UHGV virus genome: UHGV-1354657
Direction: 5' to 3' (one strand)
Length of the DNA: 41,408 nt
DNA from: a virus
Numbering within the stretch: the stretch's first letter is position 1; each line of letters starts with the position of its first letter. This document shows positions 24,841 to 33,767 of the stretch, in pieces. The notes below the pieces were generated by a model. It saw nothing but the letters and a program-made list of their open reading frames with translations. It ran no database searches and was not told where the DNA came from. A program made the translations under genes and the position numbers.

Positions 24841-25641
24841 ATGGCAGGAATAGAAACGATACAAAGATATAAAATAGCGGATTATTTGGGAATTTTAGGG
24901 GATGACGGACAAAGCTCTTGGGAATTGATGGGAGCAGGATTTAATACATTAGACGAGAACCCATCCGCGCAAAGTGACTCTAAGACATATATAAACGATA
25001 GAAACAGTACTAGCACTATAAAATCTTACCAAACGCAATTCCCGTTTGAGTCAGATTTAATTAAAAGCGAAAAAGCTATAATGGAACTTTATAAGATAGG
25101 TAGAGACCAGGCGACTGGCGCGGATGCCGAAAGAGATTATTTAAGAGTAGAATTATTTTTACCAGTTGAAGGAAAAGATAATACTTTTAAGGCTAGAAAA
25201 TTTAGAGTGTCAGTTGAAGTCTCTGGGCTTGCAGGAGCAGGAGGAGAAACAATTATTGTCAGCGGGAACTTAAATAGCGTTGGTAATTTTGTAGATGGAG
25301 AATTTAACACTCAGACAAAGATTTTCACGGAGGTTGGGGAAGAAGCACCACCAGCTGAAAGTTTAAAGGTTTTAACTGTAAATTCAATTGCGGGTACTAA
25401 CACAGGGGATACAAAAGTAACCGTTACTCCAGGTCTTGAAAGTGGAAATAGTTATAAATATAAGACTGGGGCAAGTGTTTCAGTTCCAGCATTAGATGCT
25501 GATTGTTCAGTTGGATATACTACTTGGGATGGTACTGAGGATATAACAGCAAATGAAGGGGATAAAATATTGATAGTAGAGGTTAATTCGGGCAATAAAG
25601 CGAAAAAGGCAGGAATAGCTACTGTTACAGTAAAAGAGTAG
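24841..25641 (+). CDS. Major tail protein with a C-terminal Ig-like domain
   Basis: Position; the C-terminal 90 aa are beta-rich and Big_2-like (VTVTPGLESGN...ATVTVKE). Confidence 0.65.
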   Translation: MAGIETIQRYKIADYLGILGDDGQSSWELMGAGFNTLDENPSAQSDSKTYINDRNSTSTIKSYQTQFPFESDLIKSEKAIMELYKIGRDQATGADAERDYLRVELFLPVEGKDNTFKARKFRVSVEVSGLAGAGGETIIVSGNLNSVGNFVDGEFNTQTKIFTEVGEEAPPAESLKVLTVNSIAGTNTGDTKVTVTPGLESGNSYKYKTGASVSVPALDADCSVGYTTWDGTEDITANEGDKILIVEVNSGNKAKKAGIATVTVKE

Positions 25642-25698
25642 CTATATAATTGAATTAAAATATTTATATAAATAATTAAAAATAAGGAGATTCAAAAG

Positions 25699-26061
25699 AT
25701 GTTAATTAATAATATAGAATTAAAAGATTTTGATATATATGATGCTGATGAACATGAAAACATTGAAAAAACAATAGGCTTGACTATTACTGAAACGGGA
25801 AAAGTTGAGAAAGAGGCAACCAAAGGTTATGAAATGATTAGAGATATATGTAATTTAATTTTTAAATGCTTTGACGATATTTTCGGGGAAGGTACATCAA
25901 ATAAAATGTTTGGAGATAAGAGAAATTTAAAGGTATGCTCAAATGCTTTTTTTGAATTAATAGAAGAAGTTAATAGACAGAAACAAGAGGGGGAAGAATT
26001 TTTCGCCTCAGCTGTATCAAAGTATACGCCAAACCGAGCGCAACGCAGAGCTAAAAAATAA
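25699..26061 (+). CDS. Tail assembly chaperone (gpG-like)
   Basis: 120 aa upstream of the TMP; ends AAAAAATAATG. Confidence 0.5.
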   Translation: MLINNIELKDFDIYDADEHENIEKTIGLTITETGKVEKEATKGYEMIRDICNLIFKCFDDIFGEGTSNKMFGDKRNLKVCSNAFFELIEEVNRQKQEGEEFFASAVSKYTPNRAQRRAKK

Positions 26062-26666
26062 TGAATATGTTGATTGATGTGCTTCCCGAAAGCGTTGAAA
26101 TTGATGGGGAAGAATATAAAATTAATACAGATTTTAGAATATCAATTTTGTTTGAAATGTTGATACAAGATAATTCTATAAGCGACGAGGAAAAAGGGGA
26201 AAATGCCCTTCTTTTATTTTACCCTGTAATCCCTAAAAATACTGCAACGGCTATAGATAAAATTATTTGGTTTTATTCGTGTGGGAAAAAAGAAAACAAT
26301 GTGGATGATGGTTGCAGAGGCGGTACAGGGTCTAGTAAAAGTCAAATATATTCATATGACTATGACGACGAGTATATATATTCAGCTTTCTTAGGTCAAT
26401 ATGGAATTGACTTACAGGACATAGAAAAATTGCATTGGTGGAAATTTAAAGCATTGTTTAAGTCTTTGAAAGAGGACACTGAAATAGTTAAAATCATGGG
26501 CTATAGGGCAATGGATATAAGCGGAGATATGCCAAAGGCTCAAAAAGATTTTTATAGAAAAATGAAAAAGATACATGCTATACCGCTTCCTCAAAACGAG
26601 GTTGAAAAAATAAACGAAATTGAAAAGGCGTTGCTAAATGGTGGAGATATTAGTAATTTATTATAA
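26061..26666 (+). CDS. Tail assembly chaperone gpT-like ORF (possibly expressed as a G-T fusion by -1 frameshift at AAAAAA)
   Basis: -1 frame relative to 25699-26061; that frame opens only after the TAA at 26052. Confidence 0.45.
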   Translation: MNMLIDVLPESVEIDGEEYKINTDFRISILFEMLIQDNSISDEEKGENALLLFYPVIPKNTATAIDKIIWFYSCGKKENNVDDGCRGGTGSSKSQIYSYDYDDEYIYSAFLGQYGIDLQDIEKLHWWKFKALFKSLKEDTEIVKIMGYRAMDISGDMPKAQKDFYRKMKKIHAIPLPQNEVEKINEIEKALLNGGDISNLL

Positions 26667-26739
26667 AATAATATACTCTACACTTTCCGAATTGATATAT
26701 AATTAGTATATAAATAATTTTAATTCGGGGGGGATTATT

Positions 26740-27381
26740 ATGGGGTTTAAATTTAGAAAAAGTATAAATCTAGGCGGTGGATTGAAGTTAAATATTAATA
26801 AAAATAGTGTTAGTGTTAGCGGTGGCGTTAAAGGTGCTAGAGTTTCAGTTAATTCTAAAGGGAAAGCTACGACGACTTTGGGAGTTCCTGGAAGTGGCTT
26901 ATATTATCAAGAAACAACTCAACTAGGTGGAGGTAAAAAGAAAAATGGTAAGAGTGCAGGAGGCTCGGAGAGTAGTAGGCAGGCTCAACAGCTATTAAAA
27001 ATAATAAACGATTGTGCTAATATAGTTAATACTACAAAAGACCCTAAAACATTTTTTTATAGATATAATATGTTGTTAGATAAATCATATGCCTTAGTTG
27101 CCATAGAGGATAACTTAAACTTTTCTGGTCAATCTCCTAGCCAGATGCTAGACAGCATAATAGCAAAAAAGACTGATACTATAAATGACTTTTTGACTAG
27201 ATACTACAATGAAATGTCTAGTAAATTGAAAGAACTAAAAACTGAAAAGGCTCGCATGAACAATGCTTATAAATTCTCTAGTTTAGCAATAGATTATAAA
27301 GAGCATTTAAATAATGATAATAAAACTAAGCTTAATAGGCTATATAAACAACTATTAAATGATGTTAAAAAACAAGATTAA
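26740..27381 (+). CDS. DUF4236-like protein (moron with its own promoter and terminator)
   Basis: N-terminus MGFKFRKSINLGGGLKLNINKNSVSVSGGVKGARVSVNSKGKATTTLGVPGSGLYY matches the DUF4236 pattern as recalled from memory. RBS GGGGGGA. Terminator 27418-27456. Confidence 0.6.
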   Translation: MGFKFRKSINLGGGLKLNINKNSVSVSGGVKGARVSVNSKGKATTTLGVPGSGLYYQETTQLGGGKKKNGKSAGGSESSRQAQQLLKIINDCANIVNTTKDPKTFFYRYNMLLDKSYALVAIEDNLNFSGQSPSQMLDSIIAKKTDTINDFLTRYYNEMSSKLKELKTEKARMNNAYKFSSLAIDYKEHLNNDNKTKLNRLYKQLLNDVKKQD

Positions 27382-27417
27382 TATTTGTAAAGAGAAAAAT
27401 ATAGTAGAAGATTTAAA

Positions 27418-27456
27418 TAAAAAGCACTTACTTTTTTAAAAAGTAGGTGCTTTTTA
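27418..27456 (+). terminator. Rho-independent terminator after the moron
   Basis: AAGCACTTACTtttttaaaaAGTAGGTGCTT followed by TTT. Confidence 0.6.
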
Positions 27457-27485
27457 ATGCAAATTTATAAAAAGGGGGTGAATAG

Positions 27486-30400
27486 ATGGCAGATGGTTCT
27501 ATTATTATAGATACCTTTTTAAATACCGAAGATGCAGAGAAACAACTTAATAACTTAGCTGATACTATGAAGAAGAAAGCAAAAAGCGCTCTTGCGATAG
27601 CTGGAATTGGCGCAAGTCTGGGAGCTATAGGAAAACAGGCTATTGACTTTGGGGATGAATACCAAAAGGCAATGAATGGTTTCGAGTCAGCAACGGGAAA
27701 TGCGGAAGCTAAGGCAAAAGGCTTTGGAGAAGCGCTACAGCAGGTCTATGCAAATAATTTTGGCGAGGACATGGGCGATATAAGCGAAGTTATGAGTTTA
27801 ATATCTCAAAAGCTTGATGGGATAGACGCTAGCAATATTCAAGAAGTTACTGAAAGTGCGATTATGATGCGGGATACTTTCGACATGGATGTTGGGGAAA
27901 GTTTAAATGCCGTAAACTCCATGATGCGCCAATTTGGTATTAGCGCAAAAGAGTCGTACAACTTGATTGCACAGGGAGCACAACAAGGATTAAATCAGAA
28001 TGATGACCTCGGAGACCAGTTAGCAGAATATTCGACATATTACGCACAGATGGGTTTTTCAGCAGAAGAAATGTTTAATATGATGAAAAACGGGGCAGAG
28101 AGTGGAGTCTATCAAATAGACTATCTAAATGACGCTTTGAAAGAATTTAATATTAGGGCTAAAGACGGTTCGAATGGAACTAAGGAAGCTTTTGAGGCGC
28201 TCGGTTTTAATGCTGACGAACTAACTAAGAAATTTGCAAATGGTGGAAGTAGTGCAAAAGAGGCTTTTGTTGAGGTTACAACAGCTTTAAATAATTTAGA
28301 TGATAATGTATTAAAAAATCAGATAGGTGTACAACTCTTTGGTACTAAGTTTGAGGATTTGGAAGCGGATGCAGTAACAGCGCTAACAAATATCGAAGGA
28401 AGTATAAGCAGTTCAAAAGATAAATTAGAAGAAATTAATAAGATAAAATACAATAGTTTCGGAGAAGCGATAACAGGAATTGGAAGGCAAATGCAGGTTA
28501 ATTTACTTCTTCCAATTGCAGAGGGATTGCTTCCTGTTTTAAATGATTTGGCAAATAAATTTGCTAAGGCTTTTCAAAACGAAAATACAAAAAATGCTAT
28601 AAGAAGTACAGCAGAAAGCATTGGTGCGTTAATTGGAACAGTTGTAAAGTTAATATCTTTAGCATTAACCCCTTTAATCAATGTTATAACCTTCTTGATT
28701 CAGCATGGTAGCCTTGTAGCTCCTTTGATAACAGGGATTGGAGTTGCTTTCGCTGGATTAAAAATTGCTGGAATTGTAAGGGGTATACAAAAAAGCTTTA
28801 CAGATGCGCAACTTGCTGTAAGGCTGTTCGTCACAGGGATGGCAGAATCAGGAACTACGTTAACGCTGTATGAAACTATAGTTGGATTAGTTACAAAAAA
28901 AATAAGTTTAGCGCAAGTAGCAACTAATTTGTGGAAGGGTGCATTAACGGCGCTTGGTGGTCCGATTGGTTTAACTATAGTAGCAGTAGGGGCTTTGATT
29001 GCGGTATTCGTATCGCTCTGGAAAAACAATGAGGGTTTCAGAGATGCCGTTATAAATATTTGGAATAATATTAAAGAAGTTGGGGAGAAAATATTCGGTC
29101 AAATTGCTAAATTCTTTACTGAAACAATACCGCAAGCTATGAGTAAATTTATAGACTTTGCAAAAGAAAATTGGCAAGGATTGGCTCTATTACTTGTTAA
29201 TCCCTTCATTGGTGGTTTTAAATTAATCTATGATAATTGCGAAGGTTTTAGAAATACTATAAATAAATTATTTAACAGCATTAAAGATGCTTTAAGCAAA
29301 ACAATGTCTTTTATTAAGAGTAACTGGCAAGGCTTATTATTAATTTTAGTAAATCCGTTCATTGGAGCATTTAAATTAATTTACGATAATTGTGAAGGTT
29401 TTAGAAACACTGTAAATTCTATATTTAACAAAATTGTAGGCATCTTTAAAAATGTTTTAAGTTTTATTAAAAATAACTGGAAAAGTATAGGAAGTATGTT
29501 ATTAAGCCCTTTTGTAAATGGATTTAAAGCTATTTATAATAGTTGTGTAAGTTTTAAAAATAAGGTTTTTAGTTTCTTTTCTAGTGTTGTAAAAGGCTTT
29601 GTTACCTTTGGAAAAAACATAATAGCTGGGATAATAAATGGGCTTTCGAGCGGTATCGGTTTGGTTGTAGATACTGTAAAAAATATCGGTTTAACTGTAG
29701 TTAATACATTTAAAAAAGTACTAAGAATACATTCACCGTCTAAAGTTACAACAGAACTTGGAGAATTTGCAGGCATTGGATTTGCTAATGGTATAAAAAA
29801 TACAAGCAAAGATGTAGTAGAGGCAACAAAAGAATTAATAAGTGCTATGGAAAAAAATCTTGAGACCAACAAGAGTAAATTTGAAAAAATTTGCGAGGCT
29901 ATAACTACAGCATTAAAAAATCAATATGAAAGTCAAAAAGATATACAAATAAAAGCGCTTGATGAAAGATTAAAAGTTGAGGAAAAGGCATCGAATGATA
30001 GATTAAAGGTCTATGAAAAAGAATACAATGAAAAATTAAAATATTTAGATACAGAAACAAACGAAAAAACTAATGCTATACAAGAACAAATTGACGCTAT
30101 AGACAAGCAAATTGAAGAAGAACAAAAAGCAGAAGAAGAGAAGGCGTACAATGAAAAAATAAGCGACCTTGAAAGAAAACTTGCAACAGCTAAAAACCAA
30201 AAAGAGCGAGAAAAAATACAAAAAGAAATAGCAGAAGCCCAGACAGAAAGACAAAAGAAATTATTAGCTGAACAAAGACAACAGGAAAAAGATAGATTAA
30301 AAGAACAGATTGAAAATATAAAAACAGAAGCTAGTAACAAAAAAGAGCAGTACAAAGAAGAGTACGACAATCAAAAGGAAGCAGAAAGTAAAAAACTTGA

Positions 30401-32789
30401 ATTAATAAAAGAGTCTAATGCTAGTCAAAAAGAAGAAATTGAAAAATATTTTAGTGAACTTTTAGAAGAGACAAATATTCAAAATGAAGCGAGAAGGCTA
30501 CTTTTACAAAAAAATTCAGAGGAAATTATAAAACTTTTAAGCGAATATAATCCGCATTGGCAGGATGCAGGGCAAAGTTTAGCAGATAGTTTGCTAAATG
30601 GAGTTAACTCTAAAAAGCAATCTATCCAGGAGGCTGTAAAGGAAGCTATCAACTTAAAAGAGATTATACCAACTCAAGAAAAAGAGCTTGATAGATTAAA
30701 GAAAAAGTTAGAAGAATATGAGAAACTAAAAGAAAATGCTAGTACTTCTAGTTCAAGTGGGGGGGATTTAGACACTTCCGCTCAAGATTCTTTAGTTAAT
30801 TCGGGTTCAAGTGGATTGAATACTGGAGAACTAGAAAAATACGCGGATGGTGTAGACGATATTAAAGATTCAGTTGAAGGGTTAGACCTTGTAAGTGATG
30901 AACTCGTAACAGGAACAGTCCCTAAAATTGAGGATTCAGCTGGTAAATTATCTGAAAGCATAAAAAATGGATTCAGCGGTATAGGTGATTTTTTCGGCGG
31001 AATTGAAAAATGGTTAAGAGATACAGACAAAAATATAAATGAATGGTTAGCTAGTGCAAAGAACTCTATTGGGGATTTTTTCTCTAAAGTAAAAGATAAA
31101 TTCAAAGAAGGAATTGAAAGTATAGGCGGATTTTTTTGTGGTCTTGGAAATAAAATAAGTGAAGGATTTGCGAGAGCTGGAGACTTTTTCGCAGGGCTTG
31201 GAGACAAGGCGCAACAAGGATTTGCAAGTATAAAAGACAAAGCTGTAGAGATTTTCAGCGGTCTTGGCAATTGGTTCAAAGAAACTTGGTCGAAAATTGG
31301 AGATGCGATTGGAAACGGATTAAAAAGCGGTTTAGACTTTTTTACTAGCACAGTACCAGAGTGGTTTGCGGGTATTGGCGATAAAATAAAAGAAGAATGT
31401 GGGAAAATAGGAGAAAAAATATCAAGTTTCTTTAATGAGACAATGCCAGCTATAATAAATAGCATTGCCGAATGGTTTAAACAAATTCCATACAACATTG
31501 GCTTTATAGTTGGGTCTATTGCTAGATTCTTTGTTGATTTAGGGACTAATCTATATGCATGGGCAACAGAAACATTGCCAGGGATAATTAACAGTATTAT
31601 AGAATGGTTTGTAAGCCTTCCGGAAAAAATTGGGGAGTTTCTTAGTGCTACACTACAAAATATTCAAACTTGGGGCGAAAATTTCAAGGTTTCTGTTTCA
31701 GAATTTTTTAGTACGATTTGGGAAAATATAACACAGTTCTTTACAGAACTACCCGAGAAAATTTCGGAATGGTTTAATACAGTAGTAGAAACAGTCAGTA
31801 GCTGGGGCGAGAATTTAAAGCAGTTAGCAACAGATATTTTTAATCAATTTGTTGACAATGTATTAATTCCAGTTTCACAACTTCCAGGCAAGATATGGGA
31901 AAAGTTCGCAGATATTATTAACAAAGTTAATGAATGGGGTTCTAATCTATTACAAAAAGGACTAGATATAGCAGGTAAATTTTTAGAAAATGTAATGAAA
32001 TTCTTTTCAGAACTTCCAAAAAAAATAAAAGAAAAATTAGACGATATAATAAGAAAAGTTACAGATTGGGGAACTAATCTAATAAATAAAGCTCTTGAAA
32101 TTGCAAAAAACTTTTTTAATAATATTTACAATACAGTTAGCCAATTACCAGGAAAATTTAAGGAATGGCTAGACAATATCATTTCAAATGTCATAAGTTG
32201 GGGGACTAACTTAGTCAAACAAGCTGGAGAAGCTGGAAAAAATATGGCAAATGCTGTTAAGGATGCTTTGAAGGATTTGCCTAGCAGAATTATGAGTATC
32301 GGGAAAGATGTCGTAAGAGGCTTGTGGGAAGGTATAACGGGCATGGGTGGCTGGTTAAAAGACAAAGTCTTTGACTTTGCTGGTGACGTTATAAACGGAT
32401 TTAAGGATGGTTTTGGAGTACATTCGCCTTCTATAATTATGCGTGATTTGATTGGTAGAAACCTTGTAAGAGGTGTTGGCGTTGGAATAGATGTAGAAAC
32501 ACCAGGGTTGAAAGAAAAAATAGAGAAAAATATATCTGAACTTACAGGTAAATTAAAAGCTACAGTTAATTTTGAAACGTCTAAAATGCAAGCTAATATA
32601 GTTGCAAGTACAGATTTTAAAGCTGAAAAAGAAACATCTATGATGAGTAGCAATAAGACTGATGAAGCTAATGAAAATCAAGCAGGTATTAAACTTAATA
32701 TAGAAAACTTTGTAAATAATAGACAACAAGACATAGAAAATCTTTTTGATGAAATATTGTTCCTAGCAAAAAGAAAAGGCGCTTTATAA
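27486..32789 (+). CDS. Tail tape measure protein (1767 aa)
   Basis: Size and position; TM-like central segment; E/K coiled coil; three tandem 42-aa repeats (NWQGL...DNCEGFRN); many xxWFxxxxxKI/WGxN repeats. Confidence 0.85.
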   Translation: MADGSIIIDTFLNTEDAEKQLNNLADTMKKKAKSALAIAGIGASLGAIGKQAIDFGDEYQKAMNGFESATGNAEAKAKGFGEALQQVYANNFGEDMGDISEVMSLISQKLDGIDASNIQEVTESAIMMRDTFDMDVGESLNAVNSMMRQFGISAKESYNLIAQGAQQGLNQNDDLGDQLAEYSTYYAQMGFSAEEMFNMMKNGAESGVYQIDYLNDALKEFNIRAKDGSNGTKEAFEALGFNADELTKKFANGGSSAKEAFVEVTTALNNLDDNVLKNQIGVQLFGTKFEDLEADAVTALTNIEGSISSSKDKLEEINKIKYNSFGEAITGIGRQMQVNLLLPIAEGLLPVLNDLANKFAKAFQNENTKNAIRSTAESIGALIGTVVKLISLALTPLINVITFLIQHGSLVAPLITGIGVAFAGLKIAGIVRGIQKSFTDAQLAVRLFVTGMAESGTTLTLYETIVGLVTKKISLAQVATNLWKGALTALGGPIGLTIVAVGALIAVFVSLWKNNEGFRDAVINIWNNIKEVGEKIFGQIAKFFTETIPQAMSKFIDFAKENWQGLALLLVNPFIGGFKLIYDNCEGFRNTINKLFNSIKDALSKTMSFIKSNWQGLLLILVNPFIGAFKLIYDNCEGFRNTVNSIFNKIVGIFKNVLSFIKNNWKSIGSMLLSPFVNGFKAIYNSCVSFKNKVFSFFSSVVKGFVTFGKNIIAGIINGLSSGIGLVVDTVKNIGLTVVNTFKKVLRIHSPSKVTTELGEFAGIGFANGIKNTSKDVVEATKELISAMEKNLETNKSKFEKICEAITTALKNQYESQKDIQIKALDERLKVEEKASNDRLKVYEKEYNEKLKYLDTETNEKTNAIQEQIDAIDKQIEEEQKAEEEKAYNEKISDLERKLATAKNQKEREKIQKEIAEAQTERQKKLLAEQRQQEKDRLKEQIENIKTEASNKKEQYKEEYDNQKEAESKKLELIKESNASQKEEIEKYFSELLEETNIQNEARRLLLQKNSEEIIKLLSEYNPHWQDAGQSLADSLLNGVNSKKQSIQEAVKEAINLKEIIPTQEKELDRLKKKLEEYEKLKENASTSSSSGGDLDTSAQDSLVNSGSSGLNTGELEKYADGVDDIKDSVEGLDLVSDELVTGTVPKIEDSAGKLSESIKNGFSGIGDFFGGIEKWLRDTDKNINEWLASAKNSIGDFFSKVKDKFKEGIESIGGFFCGLGNKISEGFARAGDFFAGLGDKAQQGFASIKDKAVEIFSGLGNWFKETWSKIGDAIGNGLKSGLDFFTSTVPEWFAGIGDKIKEECGKIGEKISSFFNETMPAIINSIAEWFKQIPYNIGFIVGSIARFFVDLGTNLYAWATETLPGIINSIIEWFVSLPEKIGEFLSATLQNIQTWGENFKVSVSEFFSTIWENITQFFTELPEKISEWFNTVVETVSSWGENLKQLATDIFNQFVDNVLIPVSQLPGKIWEKFADIINKVNEWGSNLLQKGLDIAGKFLENVMKFFSELPKKIKEKLDDIIRKVTDWGTNLINKALEIAKNFFNNIYNTVSQLPGKFKEWLDNIISNVISWGTNLVKQAGEAGKNMANAVKDALKDLPSRIMSIGKDVVRGLWEGITGMGGWLKDKVFDFAGDVINGFKDGFGVHSPSIIMRDLIGRNLVRGVGVGIDVETPGLKEKIEKNISELTGKLKATVNFETSKMQANIVASTDFKAEKETSMMSSNKTDEANENQAGIKLNIENFVNNRQQDIENLFDEILFLAKRKGAL

Positions 32790-32903
32790 AATGTTCCTTT
32801 TTTATATTTCCTTCTATCTTTTTTTAAAGACTATAGTAAAAAATATAACTACAAAAACGGAGTTATGTCTAAAAAATAATAAATGAGAGGAGGGTATGAA
32901 GCT

Positions 32904-33638
32904 ATGTTTTTCGTTTATGATGGTCGAGACAGTAGAGAATTTGGTTTAAAAATATACAATATAAATGACTTATCAGCTCCGCAAATGGAAGTTGAAAGAG
33001 TGAGTGTACCAGGTAGAGATGGAGATTTACTATTAAAAAAAGGTTTTGGAAATTTTACGCTTACAATAGAATGTGATATAGACGCAAGACAGAGCAATAT
33101 AGAAGAAGTTGCAACAGAAATAAAAAAATGGCTACAGGGCGACATATCATATAAAAAACTTTTTTTAAGTAACAGTGACTTTTATTATCTAGCAAGCTGT
33201 AACAATAAACTAGATATAACTAGAAATTTTAAAAATTTTGCATCATGCCTTTTAACATTCGACTGCTACCCTTTTAAATATGCAGAAAAAGAAATTATAA
33301 ATTTAAATGTATTAAATAAAAAGAGTACTACTATAACAAATTTCTACAGAGAGTCAAAACCTACTCTCTATATAGAAGGAGCAGGGGACATAAGTATAAA
33401 AATAAATACTCAAAACATAATGTTAAGGGGGGTGGCAGAAAATGGAATCTTAAGCGACTTAATAATAGATAGCGAACAAATGAATGTATATAGAATAAAC
33501 AAAGAAAATAATATTATTGTAAATGAAAATAATAAGCTTTTTAGTGACTTTCCCATACTCGAAGAAGGGGAAAATCGGATTAGATGGGAAGGAGATATAA
33601 AAAGTATAAAAATAAATCCTAGATGGAATATTTTATAA
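32904..33638 (+). CDS. Distal tail protein (Dit-like)
   Basis: Position after the TMP; ATG at 32904 after GGAGGG. Confidence 0.6.
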   Translation: MFFVYDGRDSREFGLKIYNINDLSAPQMEVERVSVPGRDGDLLLKKGFGNFTLTIECDIDARQSNIEEVATEIKKWLQGDISYKKLFLSNSDFYYLASCNNKLDITRNFKNFASCLLTFDCYPFKYAEKEIINLNVLNKKSTTITNFYRESKPTLYIEGAGDISIKINTQNIMLRGVAENGILSDLIIDSEQMNVYRINKENNIIVNENNKLFSDFPILEEGENRIRWEGDIKSIKINPRWNIL

Positions 33639-33767
33639 AATTTTTAAATTAAAATTCGGAGGGAGGGATTAATTATTCAAAAAGGGAAATTAATTTTATA
33701 TGAAGAAAAAGAAATAGATTTTAGACATTTAGGGCTGGGTGTCCTTACAAATGTAATAAATGACCAT

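Noticed and set aside
30011-31498. Several long minus-strand ORFs inside the tape measure gene
   Set aside because: Antisense artefacts of the repetitive E/K-rich TMP coding sequence (Ser/Phe/Leu-rich).
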